A stretch of DNA of 64,000 nt from an uncultured Chlamydiales bacterium (GTDB lineage: Bacteria; Chlamydiota; Chlamydiia; Chlamydiales; JAAKFR01). Below the pieces are notes generated by a model. The model did no database searches. It was not told the DNA's origin and saw only the letters and a list, made by a program, of their open reading frames with translations. Positions 34,774 to 44,853 of this stretch are shown here, piece after piece. The translations under genes and the position numbers were made by a program. The stretch spans positions 2,123,757-2,187,756 of the forward strand of contig OY969414.1 of the NCBI GenBank assembly GCA_963699155.1. Direction: 5' to 3'. Position 1 is the first letter of the stretch. Each line of letters begins with the position of its first letter.

Positions 34774-35790
34774 TTAAGCCTTCCACTCCATGACATGGTT
34801 ATTATCGACCTCTTCTTCTTTGGGAACGAAGCCTTCTTTGTTATGGGCGACGTCGAAAGTGGTTCTGGAAATCCATAAGGTGTTGGGGGCTGATGCTTTC
34901 TGTAGATGGCCTGCAAGGTCGATGGAGGGATCGCTGACCTCCTCCATCTGTGCACTGAGATCGAACATCACCTTTCCATAGTTGGCCCCGCTGCGGATTT
35001 GAATATCCGACTTCATCTGGTTGACATGCTTGTTAAAAACTTCGAGCTCTTTAAGAATAGTTTGCCCCGCTTTAATGGCATCCTCTGTCGTCCAAAAAGC
35101 GGCCATCAACCCATCGGGGGTCCAGGAGACCTTCCAGACCCGATTTTTCATTAAGATATTCCCCACAAACTTTTTGTATTCGGCAAAAGAATATTCGATA
35201 ATGGCAGGATCTTCTTGGATTTTCATCTTGGTCGAGCCAATCACATCGACTGCTAAGAAGGTGAGATCTTTCTGCGCCTCTTCCAGCTTTTTCTTCACGG
35301 AAATAAATTGTTTCAATAGGCTAGCCCTTCCCCCTCCTTCTTCCACCTCAGCCATCTCTTTTGCATGGTCGCCGGAAGACTCTTTTGAAATCGGGGGCCT
35401 GACTGTTGTGAGGTAAGAGGCTTTTCGGGTTTTTAGTCTAAAGGCAAAGCGATTGACGGCATTTTGCAAGGCATTATTGATCCCTTTCAAAATGAGAATA
35501 GCAATGATCGCGACCAACCAGGAGAAATTATACCCAAAAGCAGTAGTGGGCAAAATTCCCTCAAGCCATCCAAATACGGGATAGGAAATTTGATTGATAA
35601 TTCTAACAGCCTGATAATCTTCTGCATTGGGTACAAAACTGAAAACCACTGAGAGAATAAAAATAATGAGTAGGAGCGTCAGAAGGTATCCGATGATTTT
35701 TAAGGAGATGGAGAGTATTTTGAGCAAAATTAAGGAGCCATTTTGGCTCTCTTTTTTTTCACTTTTCTTAGTACTAGACTCTTTTTCCAT
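34774..35790 (-). CDS. Membrane protein with a degenerate class III nucleotidyl cyclase domain
   Basis: FLAVDVIGST, TPDGLMAAF, IRSGANYG, IDLAGHLQ. Confidence 0.75.
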   Translation of the reverse strand: MEKESSTKKSEKKESQNGSLILLKILSISLKIIGYLLTLLLIIFILSVVFSFVPNAEDYQAVRIINQISYPVFGWLEGILPTTAFGYNFSWLVAIIAILILKGINNALQNAVNRFAFRLKTRKASYLTTVRPPISKESSGDHAKEMAEVEEGGGRASLLKQFISVKKKLEEAQKDLTFLAVDVIGSTKMKIQEDPAIIEYSFAEYKKFVGNILMKNRVWKVSWTPDGLMAAFWTTEDAIKAGQTILKELEVFNKHVNQMKSDIQIRSGANYGKVMFDLSAQMEEVSDPSIDLAGHLQKASAPNTLWISRTTFDVAHNKEGFVPKEEEVDNNHVMEWKA

Positions 35791-35896
35791 AATGATCCCT
35801 CTTTAAAATATTTATTATAAAACTAATTAAATTTCAAATGATTTTTCAACACAGCCCCCGTTTGCACAAAAAAGGGGAGTTGACTATGGTCCGGTC

Positions 35897-36961
35897 ATGA
35901 TTATCAAAATGGTTGTCGGAGCACTTGTCTCTCTGGGGGTCACTCTGCTCTTTTGGTCTCCATTCACAGTGGGAAATTTTCCCTACAAAGAGATCGAGTG
36001 GCCCAAAGATGACAAGACCCATTTCCGTGACCCCAAAGTAGTGACCGAATGGTGGTATTTCACAGGAAAACTTACTGCGAACCAAGGACTTGAAGAGAAA
36101 CACTTCTATTACTATGTCACACTTCGCTACATGCGGGACATCGATGGAGATATTCCAACTCTTGATATTCAAATCACTGATATCGATAAAGATAAAAGTT
36201 ATGGCACCAGTACCCAGCTCGAAGATGCCAAGCTCTCTTCTTACACGACGAGCATCCATTCGAAAGATTTTCTTTTAGCTCCAGAGGGCGGAAACTATCT
36301 GCTCGATTTTACCCTCCCGATCAACGATCTTTGGGTTGCAGTCCATCTTAATTTGAAAGCGCAGAAACCCCCTCTCATAGTTGCGAATGACCCTAAGGAA
36401 CCCGGTCTTGTCGGTATGGGAGGCCAAAAGAATAGCTTCTACTATGTAAGCCCCCGTCTTTCGACGAGTGGGACCATCCAAATCGGCCAAGATACCTTTA
36501 CGATTAACGCGGATCCCCACTACTCTTCCTCGATCATGGAGCATCAGTGGGGCGATTTTTCGGTACCTGAGGTTTTAAAAGATCATCCCTGGATCTGGAT
36601 GGCACTTTCGCTTTCGGATGGCACCGATATGAATGTCGGCCAATTTCTCCATCCTCGGACAGGAGAAATTTTAGGGAAAGCCTATGTCAGCATCCAGACG
36701 CCCGATGGAAAGACGCGCTATGTTTCTGGAACAATTACAGAAGGGAAGGTGGATCCCTCTGTCGGCTACCCATTGACCTACACTCTTGAGGTAGAGGGCA
36801 AAAAATATCATTTGGAAGCAACAGTGGCAGCTCAAAATCTGAATGACGAATGGATGGGGATCATGAGTGTCGATGGGAGTAATGTCTTAGAGCCCGGAGC
36901 CTCCTACGCCTTCGTTGAAAATACTGTGAATTTGAAAACGAGTAAGAAGGTGACGAAGTGA
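35897..36961 (+). CDS. AttH/CrtC-like lipocalin-fold secreted protein
   Basis: Signal anchor; EWWYFTG, SFYYVSPRL, MEHQWG, WIW. Confidence 0.75.
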   Translation: MIIKMVVGALVSLGVTLLFWSPFTVGNFPYKEIEWPKDDKTHFRDPKVVTEWWYFTGKLTANQGLEEKHFYYYVTLRYMRDIDGDIPTLDIQITDIDKDKSYGTSTQLEDAKLSSYTTSIHSKDFLLAPEGGNYLLDFTLPINDLWVAVHLNLKAQKPPLIVANDPKEPGLVGMGGQKNSFYYVSPRLSTSGTIQIGQDTFTINADPHYSSSIMEHQWGDFSVPEVLKDHPWIWMALSLSDGTDMNVGQFLHPRTGEILGKAYVSIQTPDGKTRYVSGTITEGKVDPSVGYPLTYTLEVEGKKYHLEATVAAQNLNDEWMGIMSVDGSNVLEPGASYAFVENTVNLKTSKKVTK

Positions 36962-37812
36962 AGTTTAGTTGGAAATTTCTAGTAGCTGTTCTAGGAATTG
37001 TCTGTGCAGCGATTGCCATCGTCTTAATATTGCGGGAGGAGTTTGCCTTAATCCTCCACCCAAAAGGACTCATTGCTGAGAAGCAACTGAAAGTGATCCA
37101 TATCCAGATTCTGATGATGTTGACTGTGATTGTGCCCACCTTCATCTTAATCTACTTCATCGCATGGAAATACAGAGCCAGTAACAAAAAGTCAGAACAT
37201 GCCCCCAACCAGACGCAAAAGCCAATTGGGGAAGTGCTGCTTTGGGTAATTCCCTCCATTGTGATTGTGGTTATGGCTTTTATTCTCTGGGATACGACCC
37301 ATGAGTTGGATCCCTATAAGCCGATTAAAAATGGGAAAGAGCCTCTGACCATTCAGGTAGTCGCTCTCGATTGGAAATGGCTCTTTATCTACCCTGAGCA
37401 AAAGATTGCGAGCGTCAACTATCTTCAACTGCCAGTAAAAAGGCCGATCGAGTTCAGACTGGCTGCTGATGGATCTCCGATGAACTCTTTTTGGATCCCA
37501 CAGTTGAGTGGACAAATTTACTGCATGACGGGGATGGTGACAACCCTCAACATCCTGGCTAATGAAGAGGGTGAATTTTCTGGAAGGGCGGCTGAGATTA
37601 ATGGAAAAGGGTATGCGGGAATGACCTTTAAAGCCATAGGATCTTCCGACCCAGATTTTGAAAGCTGGGTGAAAAAGGTCCAAGAATCGCCCCTCCATTT
37701 GACGGAGGAAGCTTATAACCAACTTCTCATACCCTCAGAAGAGCATCCGGTTACTCTCTACTCGGATGTAGAAGAAAATCTGTTTAAAAAAATAGTCATG
37801 AAGTACATGTAA
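36958..37812 (+). CDS. cyoA: Quinol oxidase subunit II (copy 1)
   Basis: VALDWKWLFIYPE and MNSFWIPQLSGQIY; no CuA ligands. Confidence 0.93.
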   Translation: MKFSWKFLVAVLGIVCAAIAIVLILREEFALILHPKGLIAEKQLKVIHIQILMMLTVIVPTFILIYFIAWKYRASNKKSEHAPNQTQKPIGEVLLWVIPSIVIVVMAFILWDTTHELDPYKPIKNGKEPLTIQVVALDWKWLFIYPEQKIASVNYLQLPVKRPIEFRLAADGSPMNSFWIPQLSGQIYCMTGMVTTLNILANEEGEFSGRAAEINGKGYAGMTFKAIGSSDPDFESWVKKVQESPLHLTEEAYNQLLIPSEEHPVTLYSDVEENLFKKIVMKYM

Positions 37813-37817
37813 GAGCT

Positions 37818-39776
37818 ATGGATAATTTCCTTTACGGAAAACTCACCTTAGACGATCTTCCCAACCACTGGTATACGATCGGCGCGACGATCTTTATGGT
37901 TTTGATGATCATTGTCTTGGCGGCCATCTTGACCAAAACAAAGCGGTGGAGTTGGCTGTGGCACGAATGGCTCACCTCGACTGATCCCAAAAAGATCGGG
38001 ACGATGTATATGATTTTTGCCTCTCTCATGTTTTTTAGGGGGATGCTCGATTCGGGAATGGTCTGGCTTCAGCAGGCAATCGCTGCCGATTCTACAGGAT
38101 ATTTGGACTCCACTCACTTCCAGGAGATCTTCACCTCTCATGGCGACATCATGGTCTTTTTTGTCACGATGGGTTTTTTCTTCGGCATGATGAACTGGAT
38201 CATCCCCCTTCAAATCGGAGCTCGCGATCTCGCTTTTCCATTTATGAATTCTCTCGGCTTCTGGCTCACTGTTTCAGGGGGCATTCTCATCAACTTCTTC
38301 TTCATCATCGGAGGCCATTTTAGCAATACTGGCTGGCTGGCTGTGGCACCACTCTCTGGACTGGAATTCAATCCCAATGAGGGGGTCGATTACCTCATCT
38401 GGAGTCTGCAATTATCGGGACTTGGGAGCCTGCTTGCCGGCATCAATTTCACGGTCACGATCTTGAAAAAAAGAGCTCCTGGAATGACCTTGATGCGTAT
38501 GCCACTCTTTGTCTGGGCCTCGCTGAGCGGAATGATTTTGATCATTTCGGCCTTCCCTGTGCTCACTGCAACAACCTTTCTTCTTTGGCTCGATCGTTTC
38601 ATGGTCATGCACTTCTTCACGACGACTAGCGGCGGCAATTTTATGATGTATTGGAACCTCATCTGGATGTGGGGCCACCCTGAAGTCTATATCCTGGTGA
38701 TCCCCGCTTTCGGCATGTTTTCCGAAATCGTCTCGACCTTTTCCCAAAAGCGGCTGACAGGCTATTACTCGATGGTTTGGGCATTAGCCTCGATCACCCT
38801 TCTCTCTTACCTCGTCTGGCTCCACCATTTCTTTACGATGGGCGCAGGACCACACGTGAACTCCTTTTTTGGCATTGTCACCCTATTCATTGCCATACCA
38901 TCGGGAGTTCAAGTCTTCAACTGGATCCTCACGATGTACAAAGGAAAGATTATTTTCGCCTCTCCCATGTACTGGACACTGGGTTTTTTGACTATCTTTC
39001 CCATAGGCGGTATGGGAGGACTTCTTCTAGCTAACCCTCCAGCTGATTTCCAGGTGCATAACAGCCTCTTTTTAATTGCCCATTTCCACTCGATGATTAT
39101 TGGTATCGCCTTATTTGGCATTTTTGCGGGCATAACCTACTGGTTTCCTAAAATTTTTGGCTTCAAACTCGATGAGAAGCTCGACAGACTCTCCTTTTGG
39201 TTCTGGTTCATCGGCTTTTTCGTCGCCTTCGTTCCCCTCTATATGTTGGGATTTATAGGCGCCCCCAGACGCATCGACCATTATGATGCGGCAACGGGAT
39301 GGCAACCCTTCTATATCACGGCCCTCATTGGATTTGTCCTCATCTGCATTGGAGTCGTGCTACAAGTCTACATGGTGATTGTGAGCTTCAGGAAAAGAAA
39401 AGAATATCGGGATCACACAGGCGATCCCTGGAATGGACGCACTCTCGAGTGGTCAACCTCCTCGCCACCTCCATTTTATAACTTTGCTGTCATTCCCACC
39501 GTTCAAAGCCGTGACGGATTCTGGGAAATCAAGCAAAATAAAATTCCTAAGGAACAAAAATATGAAGATATTGAAGTTCCCAAAAATACTGGTATGGGAA
39601 TCTATATTTCAGCCTTTGGCTTTCTCTTCGGCTTTGCGATCGTCTGGCATATCCTCTGGCTTGCCGCTCTGGGTTTCTTAGGTATCATCGCTTGCGTCAT
39701 TACCCGTTCTTTTGATGACCACTATGAGTACCTCCTGCCTGCATCTGAGGTTGCCAAAATTGAGGCTCGATCATGA
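37818..39776 (+). CDS. cyoB: Quinol oxidase subunit I (copy 1)
   Basis: SHG, GARD, WGHPEVY, WLHHFF, AHFH, GDPWNGRTLEW. Confidence 0.96.
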   Translation: MDNFLYGKLTLDDLPNHWYTIGATIFMVLMIIVLAAILTKTKRWSWLWHEWLTSTDPKKIGTMYMIFASLMFFRGMLDSGMVWLQQAIAADSTGYLDSTHFQEIFTSHGDIMVFFVTMGFFFGMMNWIIPLQIGARDLAFPFMNSLGFWLTVSGGILINFFFIIGGHFSNTGWLAVAPLSGLEFNPNEGVDYLIWSLQLSGLGSLLAGINFTVTILKKRAPGMTLMRMPLFVWASLSGMILIISAFPVLTATTFLLWLDRFMVMHFFTTTSGGNFMMYWNLIWMWGHPEVYILVIPAFGMFSEIVSTFSQKRLTGYYSMVWALASITLLSYLVWLHHFFTMGAGPHVNSFFGIVTLFIAIPSGVQVFNWILTMYKGKIIFASPMYWTLGFLTIFPIGGMGGLLLANPPADFQVHNSLFLIAHFHSMIIGIALFGIFAGITYWFPKIFGFKLDEKLDRLSFWFWFIGFFVAFVPLYMLGFIGAPRRIDHYDAATGWQPFYITALIGFVLICIGVVLQVYMVIVSFRKRKEYRDHTGDPWNGRTLEWSTSSPPPFYNFAVIPTVQSRDGFWEIKQNKIPKEQKYEDIEVPKNTGMGIYISAFGFLFGFAIVWHILWLAALGFLGIIACVITRSFDDHYEYLLPASEVAKIEARS

Positions 39777-40351
39777 TTGAGATCGATATCGAAAAGGATA
39801 CCAAAGTCTTTGGCTTCTGGGTCTACCTGATGACCGACCTCGTCATCTTCGCCGTGCTCTTTGCAGTCTTTGTTGTCATGCGCGCCAACACAGCAGGCGG
39901 CCCCTCAGGATTCGATCTCTTCGACATGAACACCGTCATTGCAGAAACCTTGATTCTGCTGACGAGTAGCTTCACCTGTTCGCTCGGCACTCTCTCCGTC
40001 TTCAAACAAAAAAAAACTCCCGCCATCATCTGGTTTGCCCTGACCTGCCTACTTGGGCTTTCTTTTCTCTATCTCGAGATCTCCGAATTTCATGACTTTA
40101 TTAAAAAAGGGGACGATTGGCAGCGCAGTGGATTTTTATCCTCATTCTTCACTCTCGTCAGCACCCACGGCTTCCATGTCTCCATGGGCCTGCTTTGGAT
40201 GATCGTCGCCATGATCCGCATCGCTATCCGCCCCTACTCAGGACATGGCATTTCACAGATCTACCGCATGGCCTTTTTCTGGCACTTCCTCGACTTTGTC
40301 TGGATCTTCATTTTTACCGTCGTCTATGGAATGGAGCTGCTGCATGCATAA
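39773..40351 (+). CDS. cyoC: Quinol oxidase subunit III (copy 1)
   Basis: GFWVYLMTD, THGFHV, FWHFLDFVWIFIF. Confidence 0.95.
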   Translation: MIEIDIEKDTKVFGFWVYLMTDLVIFAVLFAVFVVMRANTAGGPSGFDLFDMNTVIAETLILLTSSFTCSLGTLSVFKQKKTPAIIWFALTCLLGLSFLYLEISEFHDFIKKGDDWQRSGFLSSFFTLVSTHGFHVSMGLLWMIVAMIRIAIRPYSGHGISQIYRMAFFWHFLDFVWIFIFTVVYGMELLHA

Positions 40352-40649
40352 ATCCCTCTCTGCACGCATTGTGGGCTATCTCTCCTCTCTTATCCTCACC
40401 TTCACTGCCTTCTGGATCATTATCAACCCTGCCTTCTTTCACCTCACCACGAAATCGGCCATCACCACAATCCTCGTTCTCGCCCTCTTCCAAGCCGCCG
40501 TCCAGTCCATCTTCTTTCTCTACATCCTCAGCGAAAAAGGAACCCGCTGGAACCTCGTCGTCTACGCCTCCACCATCTCCATCATCCTCATCATCGTCGT
40601 CTTCTCCATCTGGATCATGAACCACCTCAACTACAACATGATGCTTTGA
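40344..40649 (+). CDS. cyoD: Quinol oxidase subunit IV (copy 1)
   Basis: GYLSSLILT, QAAVQSIFFL, SIWIMNHLN; start ATG 40344. Confidence 0.9.
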   Translation: MHKSLSARIVGYLSSLILTFTAFWIIINPAFFHLTTKSAITTILVLALFQAAVQSIFFLYILSEKGTRWNLVVYASTISIILIIVVFSIWIMNHLNYNMML

Positions 40650-40653
40650 TTTT

Positions 40654-41883
40654 TCAACTCTTTGGTTTTGTTTCAGGCATTAAGAGAGCAAAAAAGGAAG
40701 CGCCAGTCACTGCAACAAGTGCAAGTAAAAAAAAGCTAATGTGAAATCCAAATGAGCGCGCTACGAAACCGGCAAAAAGTTGGCTGATTGATTCGCCCAT
40801 ACTCGTAGACATGGCGCCCATTCCTTGCAAAAAATTGAATCTACCTGTGCCCACTGCCAAATCTGAATTGATAACAGTGCCCATGACGCCGAGTATTCCC
40901 GCCGCAATTCCATCTAATATTTGAATCAGCAGAAAAGCGTAAGGAGTGTCAACTAGGGTGTAAAGGAGTGCCCTTATCGGCAAAATCAGAAAAGCAGTTA
41001 AAAAGAGGGTTTTTCGATTGAAGCGGTTTACAATATGGCTCATTGTCAAGGCAACCCCAATCATAGTCATTTCAGCAATGATCATCGCTGCAGCGATATA
41101 GAGGGCGCTCCTTGCTGGATCTTTATTGGCTAGCATTTGCCCCACTAGAGAGATCTGAGCGCCATTAGCAATATAATATAAAATAAGAGAGACGTTAAAC
41201 AAGAGGATCGCACTTCTCCGAAAAAGGGCTGAGATCGCTACTGGTTTTGCATCTGTTATATCGTCAGAGAGCTCTCTAGCCGCTGCATAATGGATCTCAC
41301 GCGGCCTAATGAATAAAAGGGAGCACAAAGAGCCTATAGCAAAAGCGATCACCAGAAAGAAAATCCACCGGCTTCCCAAAAAAAAACCAGCCAGACCTGC
41401 CAATAAGGCGGTAAATACATTCCCTGTGTGGTTCCAAAATTCATTTTTACCTGCACGGGAAGGGAATTTTTTTCGTCCGAATAATCCGAGAGTGATACTG
41501 CCTAAAGTTGGAGAAATGAAAGCAATAGAGATGCCCATCATGCACTGAGCAATCATGATAGCTGGCAGGGTACTCAATGATACAATCAGTAAACAGCCTA
41601 AGATAATTAAACCGCATGCCAGTGCAACTATTGTGCGCTTTCGCTTGGTAGCGTCTGCAGAGAGGCCCGCAGGTATCTGTGAAAGGAAGGCTGAAAATTC
41701 AACTACTGATAGAGCAAGCCCAATTTTGCCAGGATCCCATTTAAGGGCTGATCTCAGGTGGATAGATAGAAGTGGCCCTACACCATGCCGCACATCTGAT
41801 ATGCAAAAAAGCAGAGCATTTAACCCCTTTACAGATTGCTTAGAGGGATTGAAGGAGTGAGAATTAGATGCTTTTTCCAACAA
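40654..41883 (-). CDS. MFS transporter inserted between the two cyo operons
   Basis: About 12 TM helices; DVRHGVGP and GTGRFN motifs; codons more AT-rich than neighbours. Confidence 0.88.
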   Translation of the reverse strand: MLEKASNSHSFNPSKQSVKGLNALLFCISDVRHGVGPLLSIHLRSALKWDPGKIGLALSVVEFSAFLSQIPAGLSADATKRKRTIVALACGLIILGCLLIVSLSTLPAIMIAQCMMGISIAFISPTLGSITLGLFGRKKFPSRAGKNEFWNHTGNVFTALLAGLAGFFLGSRWIFFLVIAFAIGSLCSLLFIRPREIHYAAARELSDDITDAKPVAISALFRRSAILLFNVSLILYYIANGAQISLVGQMLANKDPARSALYIAAAMIIAEMTMIGVALTMSHIVNRFNRKTLFLTAFLILPIRALLYTLVDTPYAFLLIQILDGIAAGILGVMGTVINSDLAVGTGRFNFLQGMGAMSTSMGESISQLFAGFVARSFGFHISFFLLALVAVTGASFFALLMPETKPKS

Positions 41884-41985
41884 ATCGTCACCAGCTTCTT
41901 AAAAAGTTTCTATAACACAATGTGAGTTTTACTTCGTCTCATCTTTTTCTTGACTTTGGCAGAAAATATTTTAATGTACTGTTCC

Positions 41986-42876
41986 ATGATGAAGCATAAG
42001 AAAAAGCCTGTTCTCTTCATTCTCGTTTTTTCAGGAATCATCCTTCTCATTTTCCTGCTGATGCAGCCCTATGAGGTCTGGCATTTCCGCACTGATATCG
42101 CCATGCTCTTTCCCAAAGGCTTTGTTGCGCTGCGCGAGCGTAATTTGCTTCTGGTCATTCAAATCGTCATGCTGCTCGTCGTCATACCCGTCTATATTTT
42201 GACCTTTGTCTTTTCTTGGAAATATCATGCGGGTAATAAGGGAGCACGCTATAGCCCAGATATGAAAGATAGTGCTCATGCAGAGCTGATCTGGTGGGGC
42301 GTCCCCTGTCTCTTGATCATTATCATCGGCGCGATGACATGGGTGAGAAGCTATGAGCTAGACCCTTTTAGACCGATTGCTTCGAAGGAAAAAACGCTCA
42401 AGGTCCAGGTCGTCGCTCTCCAATGGAAATGGCTCTTCATCTACCCTGAGGAAAAGATCGCCACGGTAAACTTTATTCAGATTCCTGTGAACCATCCCGT
42501 TCACTTCGAGATCACATCAGATGCACCGATGAATTCATTCTGGATTCCAAGGTTAGGTAGCCAGATCTATGCGATGCCACGCATGAAGACCCAACTTCAT
42601 TTGGTGGCTGATAAAGAAGGAGACTTTCCTGGCTCCTCTGCCAATCTGAGTGGAGTCGGCTTTTCTGGCATGACCTTTACTGTACGATCCGGTAGCGACG
42701 AGGATTATCAGAAATGGGTGAAAGAGGCTCAACAGTCTGGTGAGAGCCTCGATTGGAAGAAATATCAAAAGTTGGCAGAGCCCAGCCAAAATGACCCTGT
42801 GAGAAGTTACGTTTTAAAAGATGAGAAGCTTTTCGAGCAGGTATTGATGAAATTCATGCACCCTCAAAAAGAGTGA
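41986..42876 (+). CDS. cyoA: Quinol oxidase subunit II (copy 2)
   Basis: VALQWKWLFIYPE, MNSFWIPRLGSQIYAM, SANLSGVGFSGM. Confidence 0.94.
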   Translation: MMKHKKKPVLFILVFSGIILLIFLLMQPYEVWHFRTDIAMLFPKGFVALRERNLLLVIQIVMLLVVIPVYILTFVFSWKYHAGNKGARYSPDMKDSAHAELIWWGVPCLLIIIIGAMTWVRSYELDPFRPIASKEKTLKVQVVALQWKWLFIYPEEKIATVNFIQIPVNHPVHFEITSDAPMNSFWIPRLGSQIYAMPRMKTQLHLVADKEGDFPGSSANLSGVGFSGMTFTVRSGSDEDYQKWVKEAQQSGESLDWKKYQKLAEPSQNDPVRSYVLKDEKLFEQVLMKFMHPQKE

Positions 42877-42879
42877 GCG

Positions 42880-44853
42880 ATGTTTGGAAGATTAACCTTA
42901 GAAGCTTTTTCCCATGAATGGACTCAGAATATGGCAGTCATTGGGATGGTGGTGGGTGCCATCATCATCTTAGGACTCATCACCTATTACAAAAAATGGA
43001 CACATCTTTGGAAAGAGTGGTTCACTTCACTTGATCCCAAACGGATCGGTGTGATGTACATGATTGTCAGTTTAGTGCTCTTTCTCAAAGGATTTGCCGA
43101 CGCGATGCTGATGCGCCTGCAACAATCTTTCTCTGTCGGACAGTTCGAGGGACTCCTCTCTTCGGAACACTTTCAGGAGATCTTCTCTTCCCATGGCACG
43201 ACGATGATCTTCTTCGTTGGGATGGGGGCTATTTTTGGCTTAATGAATCTCATTATTCCCCTTCAAATCGGTGCGCGCGATGTGGCCTATCCTTTTTTGA
43301 ATGCGGTGGGCTTCTGGCTTTTTGGAGCGGCCGCGCTTTTGAACTTAGTATCACTCGCCATCGGAAGATTTTCCGCCACGGGCTGGCTTGCCTATCCACC
43401 CCTTTCAGGGCTCGAATTCAATCCTGGAGAGGGGGTCGATTATTGGATCTGGATGGTGCAGATTGCCGGCATAGGAAGCACTCTCGCAGCAATCAACTTT
43501 TTGGTGACCATCTTGAAAATGCGGTGTGAGGGAATGACCCTCATGAAAATGCCGATCTTTGTCTGGAGCTGCCTCGCAGCGGTTGTTTTGGTGATCTTTG
43601 CCTTTCCGATCTTGACGGCCACGCTTGCGATGCTCACACTCGATCGTTATTTGGGCATGCACTTCTTCACCGCAGGCGGCGGAGGAAACCCGATGATGTA
43701 TGTCAACCTCATCTGGGCTTGGGGTCATCCTGAGGTCTACATTTTGATTCTTCCCGCCTTTGGAGTCTATTCTGAGGTGGTTCCTACTTTTTCAGAAAAA
43801 AGGCTTTTTGGCTATGTCTCGATGGTTTGGGCCATTATTGCCATCGCCTTTCTCTCCTTCCTCGTATGGCTGCATCACTTCTTCACAATGGGTGCAGGAC
43901 CCAATGTCAACGTCTTTTTTGCCATAATGACAATGATGATCGCGATCCCCACTGGGGTCAAAGTGTTCAATTGGCTCTTCACCAAATTTCGCGGTCAGGT
44001 ACACTTCAATACGCCGATGCTCTGGTTCTTTGCTTTTGTCCTCAACTTTTCCGTAGCGGGAATGACCGGCATCCTCCTCTCGGCCCCTCCTGTTGATTTT
44101 CAAATGCATAACAGCCTCTTTTTGATTGCCCATTTCCATGGAATGGTGGTCGGCAGCTTCCTCTTTGGCATTTTTGCTGCCTACTGCTATTGGTTCCCTA
44201 AAGTGACAGGGTTGATCTTGAATGAAAGAATCGGCGTTTACGCATTTTGGTGCTGGTTTGTCGGTTTCCTTCTCGCCTTTATGCCCCTCTATATGCTCGG
44301 TTTTATGGGCGCCACTCGCCGTCTCGACCACTATGATGTAGCGACAGGCTGGCAGCCCCTTTTTCTTTTCGCAGGCGCAGGTGCTGGAATTATTGGCCTG
44401 GGAGTAGCGCTACAAGTCTTACAGCTCTATGTCACACTCTCCGATAAAAAGACCCACCGTGATACCACGGGCGATCCCTGGCACGCGAGAACTTTGGAGT
44501 GGTCAGTCTCCTCGCCTCCACCGATCTACAATTTTGCCTTGATTCCCCATGTCGATCAGATCGATCCTTTTTGGGCTGCCAAACACAGATCTGGGCCGCC
44601 TCCTGAAAAACCGCCCTATGCGGACATCTCGATTCCTGCAAATGGCCCCCTTGGCTTCTACATCGGTGTTTTCGCACTCATTTTTGGCTTTGCCTTCACC
44701 TGGTTCATCGGTTGGCTGGTCATCGCCTCATTTCTAGCTATTCTCGTCTGTCTGCTGATACGCCTCTCTGGGATCGATAAGCATGAGCTTATCACAGCCT
44801 CGGAAGTGGCCCGTATCGAAGAAAAACATGCAAAACAGGTCCGTTATTCATGA
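42880..44853 (+). CDS. cyoB: Quinol oxidase subunit I (copy 2)
   Basis: SHG, GARD, WGHPEVY, WLHHFF, PTGVK, AHFH. Confidence 0.96.
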   Translation: MFGRLTLEAFSHEWTQNMAVIGMVVGAIIILGLITYYKKWTHLWKEWFTSLDPKRIGVMYMIVSLVLFLKGFADAMLMRLQQSFSVGQFEGLLSSEHFQEIFSSHGTTMIFFVGMGAIFGLMNLIIPLQIGARDVAYPFLNAVGFWLFGAAALLNLVSLAIGRFSATGWLAYPPLSGLEFNPGEGVDYWIWMVQIAGIGSTLAAINFLVTILKMRCEGMTLMKMPIFVWSCLAAVVLVIFAFPILTATLAMLTLDRYLGMHFFTAGGGGNPMMYVNLIWAWGHPEVYILILPAFGVYSEVVPTFSEKRLFGYVSMVWAIIAIAFLSFLVWLHHFFTMGAGPNVNVFFAIMTMMIAIPTGVKVFNWLFTKFRGQVHFNTPMLWFFAFVLNFSVAGMTGILLSAPPVDFQMHNSLFLIAHFHGMVVGSFLFGIFAAYCYWFPKVTGLILNERIGVYAFWCWFVGFLLAFMPLYMLGFMGATRRLDHYDVATGWQPLFLFAGAGAGIIGLGVALQVLQLYVTLSDKKTHRDTTGDPWHARTLEWSVSSPPPIYNFALIPHVDQIDPFWAAKHRSGPPPEKPPYADISIPANGPLGFYIGVFALIFGFAFTWFIGWLVIASFLAILVCLLIRLSGIDKHELITASEVARIEEKHAKQVRYS

